Assembly (NCBI GenBank): GCA_001179505.1
Contig: CDMY01000247.1
Coordinates: 1-64,000, forward strand
DNA: 64,000 nucleotides
From: Vitrella brassicaformis CCMP3155
Taxonomy: Eukaryota; Protista; Chromerida
Direction: 5' to 3'
Within the stretch, counting starts at the first letter, position 1. Each line of letters opens with the position of its first letter. Position numbers and translations under genes: made by a program. Below are positions 11,577 through 23,730 of this stretch, one piece after another. The notes under the pieces were generated by a model, which saw only the letters and a program-made list of their open reading frames with translations, did no database searches and was not told the origin of the DNA.

Positions 11577-13202
11577 CCATGAACCGAGGCCTTCCACAAT
11601 CCGAGCCGCAGAGAGGAGAGTCGGAACTGGACATGGTCGTGTGCCAACAAGTCTGGGGACTGGGGGCTTAAGTAAGGTGTCCATCTTTTTTCTTAGTAGC
11701 TACGAAGGTGATTGTGTGCCCCCTTAGGTGCCTGCCGTTGTTGAGTGTCGTGTGAGCGTCGTGTTGTGTGTTTATTGGTCACGACGTCTTCGTGTGTAGA
11801 GCTGTGCTTGGCTTGGCTTGTATGCATGTATACGATTTGTGTCAACCACTGGGACGGACACTGACTGGCTGAACCTACCTGCACTGTATGGCTGTCTGTC
11901 TGTACACAAGCTCACACTGACCACACCGACGCACAGTCACCTCACACACACACACACACACCATGTTCAAAGCAGCCCACGTGTTTGAGTGAGTCGGGAC
12001 TGCAGAGATCGATGTGTGATGGGTGAGACATGCCAAGGTGCGATTGATTCAGTCATACAGTCCGCCATACACGCAGACAGCCATACCATCGATCACACCA
12101 CATGCACTCTCCACACCACGAGCCCACGATGACGGTAAAGGTCAACGTCATCCATACCCAGCCAGCCAGCCAACCAAGTCAGCCTGTACACAGGCCTGTC
12201 TGTCTGTCTGTCTGTCTGTCTGCGAATGGAGGTATGAGAAGAATCGATCCATCAGGGCATATTCTGTACGAGCGTTGTGTTGTGTCTGTGTTGTGCCTGT
12301 ACAGATCAGTGTGTGACAGGATGTGTGGTAAGACCCGTGACACTTTGATATGTCTCGTGAGGGAGCCGGCCAAAGTTGATGAGGGACAGCTGCACACACT
12401 GATTCAATTGTTCAGTCCACCATACATGCACACAATCGCATCCACTCTGAAGCCATCAAGCCAGCCAGCCAGCCAGCCAGCCGACCCAGTGCGTCGCACA
12501 CGGCTGTCTGCACAAATATGTACACATATATGCAAACAGATATGGAGATAGAGATAGAGGAAGGCACGCCAGGTAGCAGGCAGATTCCTCATGCATGAAA
12601 TGGCGGGTCAGTATCAGCCGCCCAGCCAGCCATCGCCCCATGACCACCCAGACAGACCATCACGCACTGCAGCCAGCCAACCCTTCATGGAGCCGCACAA
12701 GTCAGCCAAGTCAGTCTGTACACCCCACCCCCCCGTCTCTATGAATCGACACGAATGTATTGATGAGGACACGCCCGCCCCGGACACGCCACTCATCAAC
12801 ACACGAAGAAACAAAGAATTCTGGGAGGCAGAGTAGAGTCGACACGCATGGACAGGGAGATATGGTTGGTATATGTAACAAGAAACGAGGGGAGAGAGGC
12901 GTACGAGTGAGTGGATCGACATGTGATGTGTGTGTCATGTCGTCCAGCCCGGCACACCAACCCACATCACACCATGGCAAAAGGAGAGAAGAGAGGCAGG
13001 TCCATCCATGGGTAGGATGGGCAGGCAGGCAGGTGTCCATCATCGGTCAGCTAAGTAGAAGACGACGAGCTCTGAGGTCGACGCCGCCCCGACCACTGCA
13101 CACATGAATGCACGAAAGAAATAAGAGACAAGACAGTCTCGTTCGTTGTCGTGTGTGGATTCCTTTGCACGTGCGCACGCACCTGTGATTGGCTATCTGT
13201 CA

Positions 13203-14990
13203 TCACTTGAGCGCTGGCAGAGCACACAGCTTGCTGAATGCCAGGTGGAAGTCGGTGGGCCTCGAGCCGTCACCCTGGGGCTCCTCGGTGCTCCACGCAG
13301 CGATGTACGCCCACGACCGCTCGTCCCCCTCCATCGGCCGGTTCATGTGCACGCTGATGTGCGCCGCACAGCCGTCGCCCTCCTTGTCGCCACAGAGGAT
13401 GAGCAGCCGACACGAGGTGTCGTCGCCGATGACGTAGTCGATGGTGCGGCAGCCGTTTTTGACGAAGTTGATCGTGTCCCGCGTCACGGGGTCGCACTGG
13501 TCGATCATCTTCTGTGTCACCAAGTCGCAGCGAATCTCCTGCTCGTTCACGGTGACCTTGTCTGCACACACATACACACACACACACACTGGTTCTGTCA
13601 ATCTGTGTATCATTTCATTCTGCGCAGAACGGACCTCGCCGATAGAGCGGCGGAGGCTCGTTCATCATGCTTGCGATCTGGTCGAACTGCGCCGTCTGCC
13701 GCCCCCAGGTCTTGCCATGCATCAAGCACGCCCTCTCCGTACTCATCCTGAGAGCGGGAAACACACAAAGAGCCGAGCCGACTTGCTCATTCAGTCACTT
13801 GAGTGAGTCGCTCGCTGCCCTGCCCACCTCTCTATGATCATCCCGCTGAAGCTACCGTAATCGACACGCCTGTCTGCAAAGAGAGAGAGAGATATATATA
13901 GAGAGGCAAGAAGGAAGATGAGCATGCCCCTCTCATGGTTGGTTGGTGCTTCACCCTCCCCTCCCCTCCGTCCCTTCCACTGCTTACATCTGCACGGGGG
14001 ATCGTTGGCATCCACAGGACCCAGCAAACGGACCAGAAGGATCTTTTGCAAGGGTCGGTACGGGAATATCAAGGTCCCGCCCATCATATCAAACCCGTGC
14101 GCACCCCCCGGCAAGCCCCCCAGCCGCTCCAACTCCATCCCTCTGCCCAGTCGATGCCCAACGAGTGACCACTGCCGGATGGCGGGCGGGCGGCTGTCGA
14201 AGACGACCTTGCTGCCCACCCGCCCGACGTCGTCAGCCGTCAGCTCGATGGGCAGCGACTCGACCCGCCCGTGGTGCTTGGCCAGCCGCAGCAGGCCACC
14301 ACTGCCCGTCTAGTCGCCCCCACTCTCAATCACATAGGCAAATTTGACCAGCCGGAACGGCCAGGAAGCATCCCGCCGCCGACGGGCCTGCTGCGGCCGA
14401 CGGAGCCGCTTGAGCCGACGCAGCCCCTCGAAGGCCATGACGCCGGCGAGGCCCTTGACCTGCAGGACGCCGTCGACGTGGCGCACGAGTTGTCTTGCGA
14501 CGGCCCGTCCGACAGCGGGGGCGGTGGCGGCGAGGGAGCTGTTGATCTGTGCGAGTGTGGTGTCGGGCTGCTGGTGGAGGTTGATGAGCGGCAGGAGTGT
14601 GTGGCACATGATGGCGTCGGGGACGGCATGCAGCCGGCGGACGAACTCCACAGCCTCAATCTGACGCAGAGGAACGGAACACACAGACAAGACATGTCAG
14701 CTGATCAGCAGGCTAAAACGGCACGTGTGGCACAACACACATACCTTCTCCTTGCGCTCTTCCGTGGTATCGGTACTCTGCTCAGCGCCGCTGCCGTCGT
14801 CGACTCGGCTGCTGCGGCCCCAGATCGTGCTACTCGGGCGCCAAACTGAAGTGCTGCCCTGTGGAGCGAAGGCGCATCCACCGGCCCGCTGTGTCCACTC
14901 AGTCAGTCGTACCTGTGCGTCTTCTGTGGCCCCGCTGGCCGACGGCTGCTGCACAAGAATCAAGCCACCAACCAAGGACAGCACGCCAGT
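13203..14990 (-). pseudogene. Multi-exon member of the lineage-specific 'YV(I/L)E..G.W..RLA / (Y/W)(T/S)TE' superfamily, with one in-frame TAG (14310-14312); 5' exons probably extend to about 15.7 kb
   Basis: ..RLVKFAYVIESGGD*TGSGGLLRLAKHHGR..DPPCR|YRRVDYGSFSGMIIER|MSTER..|DKVTVNE..AAWSTEEP..ALK*. All downstream exons splice in phase. Confidence 0.7.
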
Positions 14991-16120
14991 CGGTGCTGTG
15001 TGTGTGCGTCAGTCAGTCAGTCGGTCAGTCGCCCACCCACCTCCGCTAAGAGCGACGGGAGCGTCCCACACCAGCCGCCGGCATCCACCTCGTTGGCTCG
15101 ACAGACCAACGAAAACTCCTTGAAGCGGCCCTCGATCTGAACCAATCAATCACACATACAGATGGACACACACACGAGTCATCCACACACGGACGGTTCG
15201 TGTGTGTGCGGACCAGTGCTAAGCCTTGCAGTCGTTTGGCCTGGTGCTTCAGTGCGGCCAGCGCCTCAGAAACACCAATGGTGGCACCCTCGAGCATCGG
15301 CAGCCGGCTGTCCGCCACAGACCCCTGCATCCACAAGACACACATAGCCAAAGGACGGATGGACGGATGGATGGAAGACATGCTATGAGTTGACCGACTC
15401 ACTGACTGACCTTCTCAGCCAGGAAACTGATCGTGGCACCCAAGTTGCGGCCCAACTGCACACACACAAGAGCGACCGGGACACATGTATGTCACTCCCT
15501 CCACCAGCTGCACCCATCGCTGGCCATCGACCCATCCCTGCTGCTCTCACCTGCGAGTGTAACGCAGCAATCTGCTCCTGCAGCTCTCGCAGACGCGCCA
15601 ACGAATCAGTGAACCGCTGCAAAGCCACATGACACCAATGGCGAGCGGCCGGACGAGCGCTTGGCGCGTGTGTATCGCTGCATGCGTCTTCTCTCACCGC
15701 CAGTCGGTCATCTTGTGTGCCGATCTGGTCGCTGAGTGGTGCCAACGTGTTGCCGAACAGACTGCTGCTACTTACACCTGAACCGACACAAACACACACG
15801 GCGCACACCCATCCCTCTCCCAGCCAATCAATTAGCCCACCTGCCGCAGCTGATGTCGATGACGATGCCGATGGTCCCGCGCCGTTCATTCTGAGGCCTC
15901 CTCGCGGAACCGACAGAGTGGCGCAGCGACTGAGGACACAATCTAACCGAATCGACGAGGAAATCCGGGAGCTGCCGGCGCTCACAATTGCCGTGCGGTT
16001 GAATTGATTGAATGCGTGGAAGTGTTCGGTCGTTCCACACACGCAGGGTTTCCCCCCGCAGGGTTTGCAGGGTTCATGTAAACGTTCTCTTTTTGGGTGA
16101 CCTGCCATCATCCTCACCTG

Positions 16121-18175
16121 ATGCACAGCACATCCCCCCTTGCATCGCTCCGGCCTGCTCGCGGCGAAGTGTTGGAGCGTGCCCGTGAGCTGTTCGACCT
16201 CATCAAAACTAGGGAGGCCTACGACAATGCGGTGCAGCAGCGAGGTGCGGAAGCCCTCGAGGCCAAGATCTGCGCCACTGTGACCGACATCTGCCGTCTG
16301 GTGTCATCTAGGGTGTCATCGGCTGGTGGTCGTGCCGGTATTCGATTCAGCGGGTTGCACCAGCTGGCCCAGCTGATAGCCCTCCCCTGGCCCAGAAATG
16401 GGTCGATAGCCAAGAAGGCCGTCAACGCTGATGGCGTCCTCCCTGTGCTGATGACGCTGATGGCGGACTCCAGCCACACATCCAACCACCAGATCCAGCG
16501 CGAGGCAGTGCGGGTTCTGGGCAACATCTCATGGCGCCCTGAGCACGCTGATGCGGTGGTCGGCGCGGGGGCCATCCCTCCCCTGGTGCAGCTCGTGTCG
16601 TCGCCCCACGACGACCTGCGCGAGATGGCCATGCAGGTGCTCGACAGACTTGCGGACGCCTCGCCAGTGGCCCGCGATTCGGTCCTGGAGGGAGGTGTCA
16701 TGGAGCCGCTGCTGACGGTGGTGCGCAGCACGACGACCACAGCGGTGCTCCGCAGCGGCGTGTCGCTGGTCTTCGCCCTGTGTGGTGGCGAGTCCGCCAT
16801 TTTTGGCGAAGGGACTCCTCCAGCGGTGGCGCTGGTGTCCGAGTGCCTCCCCGTGCTGGCGGAAGTCGTGGGCGCACCTGGCCAGGACGAAGACGTGTTG
16901 TCTTCGGCGGTGTTCGCGTTGCAGTGCCTGAGTGAGGGGGGCTATCACCATGCCGATGCCGTGGTGGTGAGTGGGGTTTGCGGCCGCATGGTAGAGCTCG
17001 CGACGCAGAGCACCGTTCGCGATCCCATTCGAGTGACGGTCATGAGATTCCTGGCTAACACAGCAGCAGGTCAGCACAAGAAATGCAACAGAACAGGGAG
17101 GGTTGTGAATCGTTGCGGCATGTGCGTGCAGGTCCCGATGACCATCGCGGTGCGCTGATCGAGTGTGGCGTCATTCCCATGATCAAGACCGTGCTGCAGG
17201 CATACCCTGAAGGCGGCACATGGCAGTACGAAATCGCGGAGATGGCGTGCTGGACGGTATCGACAATCTGTGCGGGTACGCAAAAGAGGAGTGAAAATTA
17301 AGTATTCTCTAGGTGTGGCGCTCATTGTGTCTAGGCACGGTTGCGCACATCCAGGCGGTGTTGGATGAGGGCATTGTGCCTTTGCTGGTCAACATACTGT
17401 CGGATGGTGGATCACATGAGGATTCCATGCATTGGCGCGTGAGGTTTGTAGCGGCGAACGCCATCGAGCGGGCGGCAGACGAAGGATCGCAGCAGCAGGT
17501 CTGTAACAAACCAACAGACAGTCATCAAGTCATCGGGTCTTCCTCATTGTTCTGTGTACACGTGTGCGAGTGCGGATTCAGGTTCAGTATGTGATCGAGT
17601 GTGGGTGCATTCAGCCTCTGTGCGACATGCTCCACCGTGTGTCCGCCATTTCTGCCATCAACAGCATACTATGGTGAGGAGAGAGAGAGAGAGAGAGAGA
17701 AGATCGGAAGCACAAGTGGTTGCTCCTGCTGGACAGGGCGGGACTGCGGAAGCAGCAGGCGGAGGGCCTCGCCACCAACCCCTACTCCACACTGGTCGAA
17801 CAGGTGAGTGGCGGATGGACAGAAAGGTCCACGTAGACACGGCATTTGCCCCTCGATCAGGCTGGCGGCGTGACGAAGCTCGTTGAGCTGCAGAGGAACG
17901 ACAATCACAACACCTCCATGGCGGTACGATGCACACCCTCACACAGCCACACCGATAGCAAACGAGACACGAAAAGGACAAGACACCAAAAGCAGATTTG
18001 TTGTTCTCTCTGACTCACTCAGTCGATGGAGGTTTTGTTTCATCACTTCCCACACCGTGTCGACATGCAGCAAGGCGTAGACGATGAGAGTGATGGATTG
18101 GCTGACCTCGACACAGACGTCGGCCTGGACGGAGAGGAGGATAGGGAGGAGAGGGGCGAGGAGGAGGGCGGCTAG
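16121..18175 (+). CDS. Importin-alpha-like armadillo-repeat protein (about 7 exons)
   Basis: ARM repeats (EAVRVLGNIS, GAIPPLVQLVSS, GGVMEPLL, ACWTVSTICAG, QYVIECGCIQPLCDML). The C-terminus NPYSTLVEQAGGVTKLVELQ matches the importin-alpha ARM10 pattern and is followed by an acidic tail. Confidence 0.85.
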
Positions 18176-18521
18176 TCTACCTGCATAGACAGACAGACAG
18201 ACAGACGTCGACAGACAGACATGCATGCGTAGGGAGACACGCAGGGTGGATGGGTGGCTGTGTTATTTTTGATGAATACATCGTCGATCATTGGTTGCAT
18301 GAGGCCATTGTCATACCATCCATCACACCCACGCTGCACAAATTGGCACACACGGGAAAATGTGTCCCAGTCGGCTACAAGTCATCAGTGTCACTCTGGC
18401 ATTTGACGCGTGTCACACAGATTCAGACATCCCGAAACGCTTGCATTGACCATCACATTTGATGTCTTTTGTCCATCCCGGGGCCATGTATGAATTCATT
18501 ACCCACTCGCCTGGCCCAATC

Positions 18522-21500
18522 CTATCCCATCTTGTCCTTAATGTGCGTCTCCACCTTCGTCAATCGCTCGCCCATTTGCTCCTGCTGTGTCTGCATCTCC
18601 CTCAGCTGCTTTTGTATTCCTTGCAAGGAGGGAGACAAGAGACTCGAAGTGTAAGTACGTGGATGGATCCAGCTCCTGCCTTTTCACCTGACAGCATCTC
18701 GAATTGGGAAGAGTGATTGTGGACGAGGGCTGCAGTACATCAAAACAGACACCTTTTCCCAGCCTGCCTGCTTTGTGGGTTTGAAAGTGATCCTGTCTCA
18801 CCAGTCATGATGTCCGGAGATGTCGTGTCGTGATGGTCTGCGGCCTCCATCCACTTCTCGATGCTGTCCTTGAAATCGTCGCGCGCTCCACGCCTCCAAC
18901 GTCTCTTGCCCTCAGTGTCCTCAGAAGACTCCTTAACCAAACACAAGAAGAACATTCGGACGAAGTTGCTATGTCATTCACCTTTCCTCACTTGTGACGT
19001 CACATAGTTGTAGAGAAGGAACACGGGCGCCAAAAGGATGACACCGATTGTGCGCAATGCCTCCCAGTAGTCTCTCTCCTGCATCTTCTTCTGAATCTTT
19101 TCATATCCTTCGTAGATGAATGCGGGTGTGAAGGCGACGGCGCACAGGAGCGCATCGATGGTGCAGTAGATGACTTTCATCGACCAGAAGGCAATGCGGC
19201 AGAGTGCCGACTGACGTCCGCTGATGAGGTTGGCGAGATAGTGCAAGGGCTCCGACACGACCACAGCTGCACATACACATATCATGCTCACATATGATGG
19301 ATGCAGTTGATGTCTCTTGAGGCACCGACCGATGAGGTTGAATGGCGGCGGCAGCCGCTCGTGGACAGGAATAGTGAGGTACTCATTCAACACGCGGATG
19401 CGCAGCAACCTGAAGATGTGAACGGAGAGAGAGGGAGAGCCGTTGCAGATGCGCCGCTTTCCTCTGTCTGTCTGTCTGCCTGTCTGTCTGTCTGTCTGTC
19501 TGTCGGATCTTTTTTCTTGACTCACTGATACTGGGCAGCCTGCGACTCCTCGATCACCGCATACGTCGATGCCTGATGGCCACACAGATACACACCGACA
19601 ACCGACACAGACATGAATTGAGCCCCCCGTGTCTGTCTCACCATGATAGCGATGAGCAGGTTGAGCTATCGATGCACGCGGGCAGAGAGAGAACAAGGAT
19701 GGGACAGGAATGGAGTCCTTGGGTGTGTGGCTTGTCCATCGGTGCGTCACGTACGAGTATGATGGAGGAGAGGATCACGTAGGTGAACAGCAGGACGGCC
19801 CCCAGCGTGTCGTTATTGTCGATGGCATTGTTCAATGGGTCGCTGAAGTCGCCAAGACCCGCGTAGAAACTGCACAACGCAAGGTAGACGGAGAGAGCCA
19901 CGTGTCTCTTTTCCGTGTGGCTTCTCTGCTGCCATGCGCACAGTGTGAGTGTGGCTTTGGGGAAGGAGCCGAAGTGTTGATGGTCTTCGTCGGACGAGAG
20001 GACGGTGAAGATGCCCGCGAAGACCAGCAGGATGTAGACGTACAGACACAGAAACATGCTTATGTCCGACAACATCTTCACCACAGCTCTGACACACACA
20101 CCGACGAAGACATGACAGCGTTATGTCTCTCCGTGGCTGTGTGTCTTCTGTGTGTGGTTCTCTCTCTCACGGACAGGATGAGTGGTCCCACGGTTGGGTG
20201 AAGGCTGGCGGTTTGGAGGAATCGCAGGGCAAAGAGGAGCGCAATCAGAACTCCTGAACCGATCTCTGCTCCCGCCGAGTAGCCAGTGAAGTGGATGGTA
20301 ATGAAGCCGACGATCGACACGCCGCTTGCAAAGTCCACGTGATTCCTTTACGAATGCCCACACACACAACGGCATAGGGATGAATTCTGGAGCACGAAGA
20401 CTGATATGTACCATATGTCTCCCCAGTACGCTGCCTTGAGACGTAAGGCCTGCGCACACATAGAGAGTGCTGATGATCAGGCGTGTCTCCCCCGCTCCTC
20501 TCGTCTGTCTTACCTGGAAGACCTCCAGAAGTATGAAGCCAGTGCCGGTGAGCACTGCTCCCCACAGCCACATCGAGGGCCACACCCACGGCATCATCAC
20601 ATCGCTGTCTCCCTTGATCGACTCGATGTGCAGCAGCACAAAGGCCACCCTGACAACAGACACAATGAGGAGATGCTGTACGTTTCTGTGCATCGGTCTG
20701 TACGAATGGGTATAAGTCTCACATCAGCAGCATTGACAGCACGCGGCTGATGAAGACATCACGGGGTGCGAGTTTCATGCTCCAGTTTTCGTATTCCTCC
20801 TTCCAATGCTTCTCGACAAGAGAGATGCAGTTGGCTGTCGGAGTCATTGGCAGCAAAATGGAAGGAAGGAGACATGAGTTGCCTGACACACAGGCGGACA
20901 GGAGGACATCTCTTGTGTGGATTACCTTGTGTGACGACTTGGAGTGGCTCTGAGGACTCAAGCAGCGCAAACCAATCTCTCTCTTTGCCTTCAAGTGACT
21001 TTCGAAAGACCCAGGTCTTTGTATCGGCGCAGAAAGTGGCTATGAGTGCCTGAGTCAATCCCACAATGCGGGGAAGTAAAATCACCGCAGACGTTCCTCC
21101 CTGTCTCTTTACCTCGAGCCAATTGCCTATCTTTGCCAGGTCATCTGTGAGGGAGTCACTCGATCGTGTCTGCATCAGCCGACGAAAAACGGAGCAGCAG
21201 CGAAGGCAGTCGAGGCCCAGCGACTCAGAGCGGTCCTTCAGGAACCCCTTCGCGAAGGGCACCACCTCCTCGAGATCCTGTGCCGCCACATCCGGCATTT
21301 TCGCGCCTCGCTCGAGCAGCTCCATGACCACATCTCCATCGACGCCGACCATCGCAACGACGACTTTCGGCTTCTTGAGGGCAAAGTCGAGAGGCGTCTC
21401 TCCGTCCTGTTACAGTCATGAGGTCACCAGCAGAGACAACTTCGACACACAGCTTGATATGACGACTTACATCGTTTTTTATCTTTAACAGATCTTGGTT

Positions 21501-22660
21501 TTCGTTCAGAATCCACTCGACCACATCGGAATTGCCCCGCACTGCAGGAAAAGAGCGAAACCATGATGAGGACTTATGCACCTGTGTGGTCGTCATTTGC
21601 AGGCCTGACTGACTTGCTGCGTCGTGAAGAGGCGTCCGCCCATTCTGAACCACAGCATGAATGGGACGCTTCCTAAGTCATGCGTCACTCGACAGGTCAT
21701 TGTCCTGACCTCGCTCAGAGCTTCCAGGAGCTCCTTTCCGCCCCACTCGACAAACTTCTCCACAACATCGACTGACCCGCGTCTCGCTGCAAAATGAAGG
21801 GGCGTTCTGCCCTTCTGCAAAGCCGCAGCAGTGAAGCGCACAATAGGTGAACGGACTGGTGAAGCAGGGCGAAGGAAAGCCTCAAACACAATACCTGATC
21901 TTTCATGTTGAGAAGGTGCTGCCTGTCGTGCAGCAGCACCTCCAGGACAGCCACATCTGAACACTTCACTGAGACAACACACGCATGGGCTGGCTGCGTG
22001 GCTCCACCATGTATGTTTTGTTATACGATGATGTGTACATGCGGCATAATGGATGGCAGAGTCGCAGCTGGCCCATTTCCGATGTGCCCACTCTCCAGTC
22101 GTCAGCACTTTCTCGGCTTGCTCAGGCGACAGACCGGCGAGGGCATTCCGCAGACCCTCCACATCTGATGCATCGATGACCTCTTTGATGCTGTCTCTCA
22201 GCGACTGAGTCGGTTCCCAATCGTCGGCGGCCGGGGCACCCACCAAGGGCACCTGCAGATGAAACACAAACGACCAACAGACCTCTGAGAGTGTGTGACC
22301 GTGCCACTGCCCGCATCACACCTGCTCAAAGCGTCTCGGTGCCTTGGTGATGTCATCGGTGACGTCAGGCGGCTGGGGCTCCACCAGCCCCTGCTCATCG
22401 TCAAGCAGCAGAGGGACCTGGTCACTCGCTTGACGGGAGGCCGACATCTGCATTGTAATTTAAGGGCATATCGGCCGTGTGTCGAGACCTCTGACTTTCA
22501 CGATGCCTGCCTTTCTGTCATTGATGGGCTTCTGTGCTTCGGCGTCCGACGCAGCATCCTCGACTCGCGGCAGCTGGATGTAGTGCCCCTCATGAGCAGC
22601 TTTGTCGCCCTTCCGACCCTGCGGCCGCTGGGGTCGCTGCTGGTTCACAAAGCCCAGCAT
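18522..22660 (-). CDS. Ankyrin-repeat TRP-type cation channel, paralog 1 (appears intact)
   Basis: Ankyrin repeats (GRTPLHFAA, GRTPLHDAA, GETPLDFAL), hydrophobic TM exons, pore region (FGSFPKATLTLFYAGLGDF), S6 LNLLIAIM, TRP-box-like LLRIRVLNEY and a C-terminal coiled coil. I found no frame break. Confidence 0.85.
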
Positions 22661-22929
22661 TTTTGGGATGGTTTTTCCCTCCTCACCCGAGACGCCGCTC
22701 GAGACGCCCGGGCCCACAACGCCCCCACGCCAAGAAACCCTTCCACGCCGTGCAGTGACTCTAGTAAGAGATGGAAAGAGCTTCGTCAATGCCGTGAAGA
22801 GCTTGAAGCAATGGATCGTTCAAAGTCAGTGTCTGACTGTCACAGTCACGACGTCTATGGCACTCGCGTATGTACAGAACAGGGAAGGGCAAGACAACTT
22901 CGCCATCGGACATTCACCGTCAGCCGGTT

Positions 22930-23614
22930 TCATTCAAATGTGTAGTATTTCTTGATCGCTTTGGTCACTACAGACAGACAGCCAGACAGACACACGCGAA
23001 CCCCCTGTGTCCCTACCCTGGTATACGTCATGTGTCCACGTGTGCTTGTGCGCCAGCTCACCGTCCCACTTGCAAGTCATGCCCTTGGGGAATTTGACGA
23101 GATCGCCCGCCTGGATCAGCACCGGCGTGCCGCCGGTCGGCGTCACCGTCACCTCACCTGTAGGCAATGCACCCAACCACATGATGCAATCACACATACC
23201 AGCAGCGCGTAAGCCACCAGTCTATGTAGCAAATCAAATCATGATATCACCTTCTATGACGTAGGCCGTTTCATTGTCCGAGTAAGTCCACGAGAAGTTG
23301 CTGACCTCGCAGCCCCATGTGCCCCATCCCTTCACACCCAAGGAGTCCAACTTAGCCTGCACAGAATGCAGTAAAGCAGAGCAGCAGCATGGCGATGCGT
23401 TGCATTCATAAAGCATCTCGCAGTGTGTGATTCCTGCACAGATCTATACCTGCGGCGGCTGCCTTTCCACGTCTATCTTCCATTGCGGTCGTGCGCCAAT
23501 CTGAATCATGGACAAGAAGCTGCCTTTTGGATGTTCGTCAGCTGCTCCTGGGCAGCTCCTCCGCCGGCCCTTGCAAACAGTTTTTGGAAGCTCGCCGGCG
23601 AGATAAGCTCGCAT
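22930..23614 (-). CDS. Cupin_3 (DUF861/EutQ-like) small cupin protein, 4 exons; start at 23614 or 23509
   Basis: KIDVERQPPQ|AKLDSLGVKGWGTWGCEVSNFSWTYSDNETAYVIEG|EVTVTPTGGTPVLIQAGDLVKFPKGMTCKWD|VTKAIKKYYTFE* follows the family pattern. Confidence 0.85.
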
Positions 23615-23730
23615 CAGCGAAGAGAGAGAAGAAGCGGCGAGGAGTGCTCGGCCTGGCGTGCGATAGATCTGGTCCAGCTTCTATTGAGTTCATCGTTTGT
23701 TGAATCGATTTAGCACGTGATTCGGCTGAA

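Noticed and set aside
11650-13150. Many short ORFs and possible ncRNA
   Set aside because: The region is dominated by microsatellites and low-complexity translations (VCVC, TDRQ). I saw no coding or structured-RNA signature.
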